A DNA stretch of 64,000 bases from Alphaproteobacteria bacterium (GTDB taxonomy: Bacteria > Pseudomonadota > Alphaproteobacteria > JAAXGF01), in assembly GCA_963555825.3 (NCBI GenBank), contig CAUVXB020000001.1:736001-800000 (forward strand), in the 5' to 3' direction. The translations under genes and the position numbers were made by a program. This document shows positions 44,293 through 53,541 of the stretch, piece after piece; within the stretch, counting starts at the first letter, position 1; the number at the start of each line of letters is the position of its first letter. Under the pieces are notes generated by a model. That model was not told the origin of the DNA, made no database searches, and saw nothing but the letters and a program-made list of their open reading frames with translations.

Positions 44293-45049
44293 CTGTATTG
44301 GGCAGCGGGCCGTTGGGCGGCGTGCCGTTGCCTGGCTGCGGCTGCCCGGTGTGCCGCTCGCCGAACCCGCGCAACCGGCGCCGGCGGGTGTCGATTCTGG
44401 TGGAGGAGGGGGAAACCCGCCTGCTCGTCGACGCCTCGCCCGACCTGCGCGCCCAACTGCTCGATCTCGACGACGTGCGTCTCGACGCGGTCATCTTCAC
44501 CCATGCTCACGCCGACCACTGCCATGGCATCGACGATCTGCGTTCCGTGAACCACCGCAACGACGCGCCGCTCGACGCCTTCGCCATGCCGGCGACCCTG
44601 CAGGCGCTGGACGCGCGCTTCGGTTACGTCTTCGAGCCCGTCCGGCCCGGCTTCGGCTGGTACAAGCCGCAACTCATTCCGCGCGCGGTCGATGGCCCGT
44701 TCCGGATCGGCGACATCGACGTGACACCGTTCGAGCAGGGCCATGGCCGCGGCACGACGCTCGGTTTGCGATTCGGGCCGATCGCCTATTCGACCGACGT
44801 CAACGCGCTGTCCGACGCGGCCTTCGACACGCTCGCCGGCATCGACGCCTGGCTCGTCGACTGCCTGCGGCCGGCACCGAACCCGATGCACTCTCATCTC
44901 CCACAGACGCTCGAGTGGATCGCGCGCGTCGCGCCCGAGCGCGCGTATCTCACGCATATGAACCACGAGCTCGATTACACGACGTGCTGTCGGAAACGCT
45001 GCCACCCGGCGTCGCACCGGCGTATGATGGATTGGTGATTGAAGTTTGA
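44283..45049 (+). CDS. MBL-fold hydrolase (PhnP-like), frameshifted near 44978
   Basis: THAHADHCHGIDD, YSTD, THMNH; the C-terminus LPPGVAPAYDGLVIEV is in a shifted frame. Confidence 0.9.
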
Positions 45050-45232
45050 TCGGAACTTTCCGGTCCAACTGTATGAAAAAAGCCACATCTGGAAGCTAAT
45101 GTGATGCTTCAAGTGAAGCCTTCGGACGGCAACTGCCAGCCGTGGCGATTCCAGATGATGCGGTCTTGTCGATGCCCAATGCAATCAGGCATGATCCAGT
45201 CAGTCTAATCCCTGATGCGAGGGTGCGTGACA

Positions 45233-45712
45233 ATGGCCGTCGAGCCGAGAACCATCGACACCTACATCAACGACGCCAAGCGCGCTCTCGGTCTCAAATC
45301 CGATCGCGAGCTGGACCGCTGGCTTGGCTTCAAAGGCCCGGCGGTGTCCGCATGGCGCACGCGGCGCGCCTGGCCGGCCGACGACACGATGATCCGGGTC
45401 GCTGAGGCGGGCGGCAACGACCCGCGTCTGGCGGTCTGCTATCTGCACCAATGGTCGGCCGCGACGCCCAAAGTCCGTGCGGTCTACCGAGCCATCGCCG
45501 ATGCCGTCGCCAAGACGGCCGCTGCGCTCGCCATGCTCGGTGCCGCAACCGCCACGACTCCCGCGAACGCCACCAGAACAATTCAACACGCCTACGTAAC
45601 CGTATCAGCGTCGTCTGTTACTGCTTTGAAAATACACTTTAATTTGCAGCGTGTGGGGGTGTCTGCGATTGGCGCCGGGCGTTGTGTTGGTCAGAGACGG
45701 CAATTCTCATAG
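45233..45712 (+). CDS. XRE/HTH repressor resembling filamentous-phage repressors
   Basis: YINDAKRALGLKSDREL..LG....VSAWR..RAWP.D HTH followed by an Ala-rich hydrophobic tail; ends beside the dif-like site. Confidence 0.6.
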   Translation: MAVEPRTIDTYINDAKRALGLKSDRELDRWLGFKGPAVSAWRTRRAWPADDTMIRVAEAGGNDPRLAVCYLHQWSAATPKVRAVYRAIADAVAKTAAALAMLGAATATTPANATRTIQHAYVTVSASSVTALKIHFNLQRVGVSAIGAGRCVGQRRQFS

Positions 45713-45717
45713 TGGTT

Positions 45718-45745
45718 ATTATTCATAATATATCTTATGCGCTTA
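45718..45745 (-). other. dif site (XerCD recombination site)
   Basis: Reverse complement TAAGCGCATAA-GATATA-TTATGAATAAT: 11-6-11 layout with a GCGCATAA XerC arm and a TTATG XerD arm; AT-rich intergenic location. Confidence 0.8.
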
Positions 45746-45934
45746 ATGGATAGGTCATATGAGCTAAAGAATGAGAGCTTTATTGGCCCGCTTTCGTCTG
45801 TCTCCCCCCTCTTCTTAACAATGTACTTTATGTCATACACGGTGAGAACGAATGGCGTATTCCCGTTTGGGGCGCCGGGAATTGTATAATTCCAGCGCGT
45901 TCCGCGCCAACACTTGAACCCAGTGAGACCACCC

Positions 45935-46735
45935 ATGAGCCCGATCAAGCGACTCCTCGACGTCATGGCCAAGCTGCGCGACCCGGACGGGGGCTGCCCG
46001 TGGGATTTGGCGCAGAATTTTTCCACCATCGTTCCCTATACCATCGAGGAAGCCTACGAGGTCGCCGAGGCGATCGACGCCGAGGATTGGGCCGCGCTGC
46101 GCGACGAATTGGGCGATCTCCTGTTCCAGGTCGTGTTCTACGCGCGCATGGCCGAGGAAGCCGGGCTGTTCGACTTCGATGACGTCGCGGCCGGCGCCGC
46201 CGAGAAGATGGTCCGGCGCCATCCCCACGTTTTCGGCGATGTCACGGTCGAGGGCGCCGCGGGACAGACCCGGGCATGGGAGGCGCACAAGGCGGCCGAG
46301 CGGGCGGCGAGGGCGGCCAGGGACGGCCGCCTGCCCAGCGTCCTCGACGGTGTCGCCGACCGCCTGCCCGCCAGCGCGCGCGCGACCAAGCTGCAGGCGC
46401 GCGCGGCGCGGGTCGGCTTCGACTGGCCCGATATCGCGCCGGTCTTCGACAAGATCGACGAGGAAATCGATGAGATCCGCGCCGCGTTGGTCGACGGCGC
46501 GCCGGCCGAAAGGCTGACCGACGAGATCGGCGACCTGATGTTTGCCTGTATCAACCTCGCCCGCCATGCGGACGTCGACGTCGAGACGGCGTTACGCGGC
46601 GTCAACGCCAAGTTCGAGCGCCGTTTCCGGCGCATCGAGGCGCTGCTCGCAGCCGAAGACCGCACGCCCGACGGCGCGACGCTCGAGGAGATGGACCGGC
46701 TCTGGAATCAGGCAAAATCGGAGGAAGCCAGCTAA
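45935..46735 (+). CDS. mazG: Nucleoside triphosphate pyrophosphohydrolase
   Basis: LRDPDGGCPWD, EEAYEV, ELGDLL, RRHPHVF, KFERRF. Confidence 0.95.
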   Translation: MSPIKRLLDVMAKLRDPDGGCPWDLAQNFSTIVPYTIEEAYEVAEAIDAEDWAALRDELGDLLFQVVFYARMAEEAGLFDFDDVAAGAAEKMVRRHPHVFGDVTVEGAAGQTRAWEAHKAAERAARAARDGRLPSVLDGVADRLPASARATKLQARAARVGFDWPDIAPVFDKIDEEIDEIRAALVDGAPAERLTDEIGDLMFACINLARHADVDVETALRGVNAKFERRFRRIEALLAAEDRTPDGATLEEMDRLWNQAKSEEAS

Positions 46736-46757
46736 ACCGTGCGTCACCCGGCCGATT

Positions 46758-46954
46758 TCAGTGCGATCCGAAGTCGGAGATCGTGCGATCGAGCAACGGG
46801 TAATGGGAATGGCCCCGGTGATATTCGTCATCCTCGAGCGTATAGTTTTCGACGTGCACGTCGTCGTGTCCGTCCTCGCCCGTCGGACAGCCCCCGAGGG
46901 CGACCGCGACGGGGACCAGGGCAGCCATTGCGATGATATGCGGCCGGCTTTCAT
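46758..46954 (-). CDS. Small His/Asp-rich lipoprotein (needs a 2-bp correction near 46937)
   Basis: GAGG RBS; removing an extra AT gives MKAGRIIAMAALVPVAVALGG-C (lipobox). Confidence 0.5.
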
Positions 46955-47032
46955 GTTTCACCTCGCCTGTCAGTGTCTCCCTACCATATATGCTAGCATC
47001 GTGGTCGCGCGGCAAGCACGGGGGCAAGCGAG

Positions 47033-47680
47033 ATGGCGGCGGGACGCGAATGGCACGAAGGCATCGTCAATCTGTGGCCGACCGTGATTTTCCAGCGAAA
47101 GCTTGGCGACGCGGACGGGCCGAACCGTGATTTGCTCAGGTTGATCAACGCGTTGGACCGCGAACATCAAGACCTCACGACCGATTATCTGGCGTCCGAC
47201 CTGTTCAACAAGGACGATCCGGCCGTCAATTGGCTGCGCAGCCAGGTCAACCAGACCGTGATCGGCTATCTACGCCAAATCGGTATCGATTATGAAGTGA
47301 ATTGGACTGTCCAAGGGTGGCCCAATGTCAACCGCCTCGGCGACTATCACGATTATCACAACCACCCGCGCGCCTATCTCAGCGGCACCTATTACGTCAA
47401 AATGCCGAAATCTCGCGAAAAACTCAAGAACCGTAACGACTTACGGCCCGGCTGCATCACGCTGTACGACCCCCGTCCGGGCGTCAACATGAACGCGATC
47501 AAGGGCGATCCCTACGTCGATCCCGAATATACGGTTCTGCCCGAGCCCGGCATGCTCTTGATGTGGCCCGCCTTCATCAACCACTTCGCCCACCCCAACC
47601 TGTCGAAGGAGACACGCGTCAGCGTCAGCTTCAACATCGTACTGAAATGGGCCGATCACTACTTGCCCGAACAGGGCTAA
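47033..47680 (+). CDS. Putative 2OG-Fe(II) oxygenase (TIGR02466-like)
   Basis: W.N.N..GDYH..HNH, LSGTYYV, DPRP, H, RVSVSFN. Confidence 0.85.
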   Translation: MAAGREWHEGIVNLWPTVIFQRKLGDADGPNRDLLRLINALDREHQDLTTDYLASDLFNKDDPAVNWLRSQVNQTVIGYLRQIGIDYEVNWTVQGWPNVNRLGDYHDYHNHPRAYLSGTYYVKMPKSREKLKNRNDLRPGCITLYDPRPGVNMNAIKGDPYVDPEYTVLPEPGMLLMWPAFINHFAHPNLSKETRVSVSFNIVLKWADHYLPEQG

Positions 47681-48456
47681 ACACGGTTTGGTTCAAGGAT
47701 CGGCGCGCATGAAGGGGCTGTAGCCTGCCCTGCCCGGTTTGTGAGACGCCCCGTCTCATCCCAGTCCTCCCAACCGTTGAAGCGCATGGGCTCGGTCGCG
47801 TCGAGCGTTTCGAGGCGTCGCGCCAGCGCGGCCTTATAGCCCTGGAGGCGGTCAGGCATTTCGCCCGGGTCGGAATACTGGATGCCGCCCTCGACGCCGA
47901 AGGCGACGAAGGGCGGCAGGACGTCATAGCCCATGTAGTGAAGCGTGAAGTTGGTCGGCCACAGCAGCAGATCGATGTCGGCGTTGCGGCCGTTGTGGGC
48001 GAAGGTCGCCGCGGTGCCGCCCGTGGTCACCGAATGCATGGCGCGCCGGCCGGCGAAATAGCCCGCGTCATAGCGCATCTTGCTGGTGTAGAGGCCGCCG
48101 TAGACCAGCACCCGGTCGAGCCATCCCTTGAGTATCGCGGGCGTGCCGTACCACCACATGGGATACTGGAAGATCAACAGATCGGCGCGTTCGAGCTTAT
48201 CGATCTCGGCCGCGACGTCGGGGCTGAGCGTGCCCGTCTCCCAGGCGTGCCGTTGCTCGGTCTGTGCGGTGAAGCAGTCGGGGTCGCGTCGCACGGGATA
48301 GCGCCCGGGTCCTTCGACCGGATCGAACGCCATGGCGTAGAGATCCGAGACCTCGACACCGTGGCCGAGTCCGGTCAGCGTGGTGACCGCGACATCCTTC
48401 ATCCCGCCGTTGAACGACGCCGGCTCCGGGTGGGCGAGGACGATCAACGCGCGCAT
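47677..48456 (-). CDS. Flavodoxin-fold NAD(P)H:quinone oxidoreductase (C-terminus probably frameshifted near 47741)
   Basis: AHPEPASFN, SDLY, QYPMWW..PAILKGWLDRV. Confidence 0.9.
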   Translation of the reverse strand: MRALIVLAHPEPASFNGGMKDVAVTTLTGLGHGVEVSDLYAMAFDPVEGPGRYPVRRDPDCFTAQTEQRHAWETGTLSPDVAAEIDKLERADLLIFQYPMWWYGTPAILKGWLDRVLVYGGLYTSKMRYDAGYFAGRRAMHSVTTGGTAATFAHNGRNADIDLLLWPTNFTLHYMGYDVLPPFVAFGVEGGIQYSDPGEMPDRLQGYKAALARRLETLDATEPMRFNGWEDWDETGRLTNRAGQATAPSCAPILEPNRV

Positions 48457-48479
48457 GGTCGGGCCCCCCGCCCTTCGGG

Positions 48480-49352
48480 TTATGACTCTTCTCGTAGGAG
48501 CCGGATCAACGCGGTGTTGTCTAAGCGCCCCTCGCCGCGTGCCTTAAGCCGGGCAAACTGCTGGTCGATCAGAGCGGTCATCGGCAACAGCGCGCCGTTT
48601 TTGCGCGCTTCGGTCAGGCAGAAACCGACGTCCTTGTGCATCCAATCGGCGGCGAAGCCGAAGTCGAATTTGCCTTCGAGCATGGTGCCCGCCCGGTTGT
48701 CCATCTGCCACGACTGCGCCGCGCCCTTCGAGATGACATCGACCACGCGCCCGGCGTCGAGCCCGGCGCGCTGGGCGAAATTGAGCGCCTCGGCGAGTCC
48801 CTGGACGACACCGATACAGCAAATTTGGTTGACCATCTTGGTGAGCTGGCCGTTGCCGACCGGGCCCATGTGGGTGACCGCGCGGGCATAGCTCTCGATC
48901 ACCGGTTCGGCCCGCTTGAAGGCCTTCTCGTCGCCGCCGACCATGACCGTCAAGACGCCGTTCTTGGCGCCGTCCTGGCCACCCGATACCGGTGCGTCGA
49001 GGAATTCGAAACCGTGCTTGTGCGCTTCGGCCGCGACCTCGCGCGCGGCCTCGGCCGATGCCGTCGTATGATCGACGAAGATGCTGCCCCGCTCCATGCC
49101 CGTGAACGCGCCCTCAGGGCCATAGACGATCTGGCGCAGATCGTCGTCGCCGCCGACGCAGGCGAAGACGATTTCGGCGCCGAAGGCGGCGCCCTTCGGC
49201 GTCTCGGCCGTGTGGCCGGTATTGACCAGATTCCAGGCGTCGACCCTGGCGCGGGTGCGGTTGTAGACCGTGACATCGTGGCCCGCCTTGGCGAGATGCC
49301 CGGCCATGGGAAAGCCCATGTTGCCCAGCCCGATAAACGCGACTTTCTTCAT
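48480..49352 (-). CDS. Beta-hydroxyacid dehydrogenase family oxidoreductase
   Basis: FIGLGNMG, DAPVSGG, GQLTKMVNQ, KD. Confidence 0.9.
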   Translation of the reverse strand: MKKVAFIGLGNMGFPMAGHLAKAGHDVTVYNRTRARVDAWNLVNTGHTAETPKGAAFGAEIVFACVGGDDDLRQIVYGPEGAFTGMERGSIFVDHTTASAEAAREVAAEAHKHGFEFLDAPVSGGQDGAKNGVLTVMVGGDEKAFKRAEPVIESYARAVTHMGPVGNGQLTKMVNQICCIGVVQGLAEALNFAQRAGLDAGRVVDVISKGAAQSWQMDNRAGTMLEGKFDFGFAADWMHKDVGFCLTEARKNGALLPMTALIDQQFARLKARGEGRLDNTALIRLLREES

Positions 49353-49500
49353 CTTGTACCGCCCTTCTGAAGCAAATTCCCCGCGCCGTCCTTCCCCGAT
49401 GGCGCGACGCCGGGTCGCGCGATCATATCCAACGGCCAGGCGACGGGCAACGCCCTCGCCGCGCCTCGGCCGCTGCGCAGTAAGGCGGTGTCGCCGTGGG

Positions 49501-50565
49501 TTATTCGGGCGCGACCGGGCAGTCTCCGGCGGCGGCCATCTCGACCCATGCGGCGTTGACAGCGACGTTGTAGTCGTCGAGCACGGCAGGGATCTTCCGT
49601 TCGCCCTTGAGGAATTCGGCGGTGAATTGAAGCGCGCGCGCCGCGCCGCCGCCCAGCCAACGCGCCGAGGCCTGCGCCTCGAGATCGGGAAAGTCGTATA
49701 GCGCGAGCACGCCGGGCACGTCCGCGGCATTGCCACCCGTCACGCCGACGATCGCCTGGACTTCGGGCGAATCGGCGGTCCAGGTCTCGGGGTCGTCGCG
49801 GTAGGCCGCGTCGGCGGCGGTGATCGTCTTGATGAAGTTGCACATGAACGCCGGGTTTTCGGCGGCGAACATGCGGTCGGCGATGATGCCGTCGAAGGTC
49901 GCCTTGCCCCAACTCGACAACAGGCCCGAGGTGATCAGTACCTTGCCGGTGCGCTTGATCTCGCCCAGCGCCGGGTCCCAGACGAAGGCCGCGTCGATGT
50001 CGCCATCGCGCCACGCCTGAACGATGTCGGGCGGCTGCATGTTTCGGACGGTCAGTTCCTTCGGCCCAATACCGAACTGTTCGAGCGCGAACAGCAAGTG
50101 GAAATGCGTCGTCGAGGCGAACGGCACGCCGATTGTCTTCCCGCGCAAGTCCCGCGGCGCCTCGATGCCCGAACCGTCGCGCACCACGAGAGCCTCGGCC
50201 GAGGCGATATCCTCGGCGATCCAGATCAGCTCGACCGAGAGGCCGCGGCTGACGCCGGCGGCGATCGGGCTCGAACCCGCCATGGCGATCTGCACCTCGC
50301 CCCGGGCCATGGCGTTGATCACCTTGGCGCCCGAATCGAACTTGCGCCAGGTGATCTTGTAGCCGGTCGCCGAGCCCAGCTCGCCGCCCGCGATGACGAG
50401 CTTCCACGGGTTATAGATCGGCTGGTAGCCGATCGTGATTTCCTTGTCTGCCAGGGCGCTTGCGCCAGGAACGATCAGTCCCAGGCCGATTATCAGGCAG
50501 CACGCGACGATTCTAGGCACGACACGCCTCCCAGTCCGAGGAATGTCTGGATCGGGCTCACCCAC
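49501..50565 (-). CDS. tauA: Taurine ABC transporter substrate-binding protein
   Basis: WRKFDSG, GSSP, AEALVVR, PFASTTHF, VWDPAL; taurine-cluster context. Confidence 0.85.
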   Translation of the reverse strand: MGEPDPDIPRTGRRVVPRIVACCLIIGLGLIVPGASALADKEITIGYQPIYNPWKLVIAGGELGSATGYKITWRKFDSGAKVINAMARGEVQIAMAGSSPIAAGVSRGLSVELIWIAEDIASAEALVVRDGSGIEAPRDLRGKTIGVPFASTTHFHLLFALEQFGIGPKELTVRNMQPPDIVQAWRDGDIDAAFVWDPALGEIKRTGKVLITSGLLSSWGKATFDGIIADRMFAAENPAFMCNFIKTITAADAAYRDDPETWTADSPEVQAIVGVTGGNAADVPGVLALYDFPDLEAQASARWLGGGAARALQFTAEFLKGERKIPAVLDDYNVAVNAAWVEMAAAGDCPVAPE

Positions 50566-50628
50566 CTTGGTGGGCGCCCCGCATCACCTGTATAGCATCA
50601 ATCGTCGTGCGCGGGCGCATACCACGGA

Positions 50629-51939
50629 TCAGTCCTCGCTCAGCACCTCGCGCAGCGTCTTGCACATCGCGTCGATATGATCGCGCTCGACGATCAACGG
50701 CGGCGACAGCAGCAGAGCGTCGCCCGTGGTCTTGACCACCAGGCCGGCCGCATAGAGCCGCTTGAGCACATCGAAACCGCGCGCGCCCGGCTTGTCGGCC
50801 GGCGCCAAATCCATGCCGGCCAGGAGGCCATAGCCGCGGATGTCGGTGATCGTCGGAATGTCTTGCAGCGCGTATACCTGATCGAGGAAATACTCGGATA
50901 TCTCCGCGGCGCGGGCGAACAGGTTCTCCCGGCGATAGATCTCGAGCGTCGCGAGCGAGGCGGCGACCGCGACCGGGCAGCCCGAATAGGTATAGCCGTG
51001 GAACAGCTCGACGGCGCCCGGTGCTGCGTTGTTGACGATCGCGTCGTAGACGTGGTCACGCACCGCGACGGCGCCCATCGGCACGTTGCCGTTGGTCAGT
51101 GCCTTGGCCATCGTCATGATATCGGGCAGCACCTCGAAGCTGTCGGCGGCGAACGGCTTGCCGGTCCGCCCGAAACCGGTGATCACCTCGTCGAAGATGA
51201 GCAGGATGCCGTGCTGGTCACAGATCTCGCGCAGCCGCTGCAGATAGCCCTTGGGCGGCACCAGGCAGCCGACCGAGCCGGCGATCGGCTCGACGATGCA
51301 GGCGGCGATGTTGTCGGCGCCGTGCAGGTCGCACATGCGCTGCAGGTCCTCGGCCAACTCGGCGCCTTGCTCGGGCTGGCCCCTCGAGAAGCGCTGCTCG
51401 GGCAGCCAGGTCTTGCGCATATGCGCGACGCCGGGCAGGCCGACGCCGAACGCCTCGCGGTTCTTGACCATGCCGGCGACCGAGACGCCGCCGAAGTTGA
51501 CGCCGTGATAGGCGCCGTCGCGGCCGATCAGGCGGACGCGCTGGCCCTCGCCGCGCGCCCGGTGGTAGGCGAGCGCGATCTTGAGCGCGGTGTCGACCGC
51601 CTCGGAGCCCGAGTTGCCGAAGAAGACGTGGTTGTGGTCGCCCGGTAGCATGTCGGTGAGCTGCCGCGACAGCTCGAACTGCGCCGGATGGCCGAACTGG
51701 AACGGCGGCGAGTAGTCGAGCTCGGTGAACTGGCGCGCCATGGCGTCGCCGATCTCCTGGCGCCCATGACCGGCGGCAACACAGAACAGGCCGGCCGAGC
51801 CGTCGAGCACCTTTTCGCCGTGATGGGTCCAATAGTGCATGCCTTCGGCGCGCACGATGAGCCTCGGGCTCTCCTTGAACTCGCGATTGGCGGTGAAGGG
51901 CATCCAATAGCTTTCGAGAGAGTTCGCGGCGTAATTCAT
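50629..51939 (-). CDS. Class III omega-amino acid:pyruvate aminotransferase
   Basis: WMPFTANR, SGSEAVDTALK, YHG, FDEVITGFGR, AK, HGYTYS. Confidence 0.9.
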   Translation of the reverse strand: MNYAANSLESYWMPFTANREFKESPRLIVRAEGMHYWTHHGEKVLDGSAGLFCVAAGHGRQEIGDAMARQFTELDYSPPFQFGHPAQFELSRQLTDMLPGDHNHVFFGNSGSEAVDTALKIALAYHRARGEGQRVRLIGRDGAYHGVNFGGVSVAGMVKNREAFGVGLPGVAHMRKTWLPEQRFSRGQPEQGAELAEDLQRMCDLHGADNIAACIVEPIAGSVGCLVPPKGYLQRLREICDQHGILLIFDEVITGFGRTGKPFAADSFEVLPDIMTMAKALTNGNVPMGAVAVRDHVYDAIVNNAAPGAVELFHGYTYSGCPVAVAASLATLEIYRRENLFARAAEISEYFLDQVYALQDIPTITDIRGYGLLAGMDLAPADKPGARGFDVLKRLYAAGLVVKTTGDALLLSPPLIVERDHIDAMCKTLREVLSED

Positions 51940-52017
51940 GGGGCATCCCTTTCACTGGGGCGATCAACGCCTGGCGGCGGTGAAACTTGTGACAGATTAC
52001 GAAAAAAAGGTACGATT

Positions 52018-52044
52018 TTGGGCCAGATTCCGATAGGGCCAATT
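52018..52044. promoter_or_regulatory. Candidate TauR operator
   Basis: TTGGGCCAGATT plus TAGGGCCAATT in the divergent promoter; the same 12-mer recurs at 58471-58482 upstream of xsc. Confidence 0.5.
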
Positions 52045-52068
52045 ATTCGATATGGATGAGGCCACAGG

Positions 52069-53538
52069 GTGCGTGATTTTCTCTTCAACCTGCCGTCGGA
52101 CGGCACCGGCAGCCTGCAGTCCAGGATCCGCCGCATGGTCATCGGCGCGATCCTCGACGGCCAGTTGCCCGAGGACAGCCCCCTGCCCTCGTGCCGTACC
52201 TTGGCCAAGCGGCTCGGCGTTGCCCGCAATACTGTCGTGCTCGCCTACCAGGGGCTCGTCGACGAGGGCTATGTCGTGGCGCGCGAGCGCAGCGGCTTTT
52301 ATGTCGACGGCGACATCCGCGCCGAGACGCCACGCGGCGCGACCGTCCGGGCCGACCCCGGCGGCCCCTCGGTCGACTGGGACGGCCGCTTCGCGGTGCG
52401 ACCGTCGGGCCACAGCAACATCGCCAAGCCGCTCGACTGGCAGCGCTACCCCTACCCCTTCATCTACGGCGAGGTCGACCCGGGCCTGTTCCCGCTGACT
52501 GCCTGGCGCGAGTGTTCCCGGCAGGCGCTGTCGCGCTCGGCGGTCAAGGACTGGTCCCACGACCAGTTCGCCGAGGACGACCCGATGCTGGTCGAGGAAA
52601 TCCGCGCGCGCGTGCTGCCGCGCCGCGGCGTGCGCGCGGCGGCCGCCGAGATCCTCGTCACCCTCGGCGCGCAGCACGCGCTTTATCTGCTGGCGACGCT
52701 GCTGATCGGCGACGCGACCACGGTCGGCCTCGAGGAGCCGGGCTATGTCGACGCCCGCAACATCTGCCGGCTGCGCGGCGCCCGGCTTAAATCCCTCGCG
52801 GTCGATACCGACGGCCTGGTCGTCGACCGCTCGCTCGACGCCTGCGATTACGTCTACGTGACGCCGAGCCACCAGTCGCCGACCACGGTAACGATGCCGC
52901 TCGAACGCCGGACTGCATTGCTCGAACGCGCCGCCGCCAAGGGCGTGGTGGTCATCGAGGACGACTACGAGCCCGAGGCGAGTTATGTGAGCGATCCGAC
53001 GACGGCGCTCAAATCGCTCGATACCCAGGGCCGCGTGATCCACATCGGCAGCTTCTCGAAGGCGCTGGCGCCCGGTCTCCGGCTCGGCTACATGGTCGCC
53101 GATCCGGCGCTGATCACCGAGGTGCGCGCGCTGCGCCGCCTGATGCTGCGTCACCCGCCGAGCAACAATCAGCGCACCGTGGCATTGTTCCTGCGCGACG
53201 GCCACTACGACGCCCATGTGCACCGCCTGCATCGGACCTATCGCGCGCGCTGGGAGGCGCTGGGCGACGCGCTGGCGCGCTACATGCCCGCGTCCAGCCG
53301 CGTGCCGACCTTCGGCGGCACCAGCTTCTGGGTCGAGGGCCCGGATGGGCTCGACGCCGGCAGGCTCGCCCGCGCGGCGCGCGATGAAGGCATCGTCATC
53401 GAACCCGGCGCCGTCCACTTCCTCGCCAAGCCGCCGCCGTGCAATTTCTTCCGTCTCGGCTTCTCGGCGATCCCGACCGAACGCATCGAACCGGGCATCG
53501 AACTGCTCGCCAACCTGATCGCCCGCGAGACGGGCTGA
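52069..53538 (+). CDS. tauR: MocR/GabR-family PLP-dependent regulator (TauR-like)
   Basis: GntR wHTH LPSCR.LA..LGVARNTV; TPSHQ, EDDYE, SFSK..PGLRLG. Confidence 0.82.
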   Translation: MRDFLFNLPSDGTGSLQSRIRRMVIGAILDGQLPEDSPLPSCRTLAKRLGVARNTVVLAYQGLVDEGYVVARERSGFYVDGDIRAETPRGATVRADPGGPSVDWDGRFAVRPSGHSNIAKPLDWQRYPYPFIYGEVDPGLFPLTAWRECSRQALSRSAVKDWSHDQFAEDDPMLVEEIRARVLPRRGVRAAAAEILVTLGAQHALYLLATLLIGDATTVGLEEPGYVDARNICRLRGARLKSLAVDTDGLVVDRSLDACDYVYVTPSHQSPTTVTMPLERRTALLERAAAKGVVVIEDDYEPEASYVSDPTTALKSLDTQGRVIHIGSFSKALAPGLRLGYMVADPALITEVRALRRLMLRHPPSNNQRTVALFLRDGHYDAHVHRLHRTYRARWEALGDALARYMPASSRVPTFGGTSFWVEGPDGLDAGRLARAARDEGIVIEPGAVHFLAKPPPCNFFRLGFSAIPTERIEPGIELLANLIARETG

Positions 53539-53541
53539 AGC

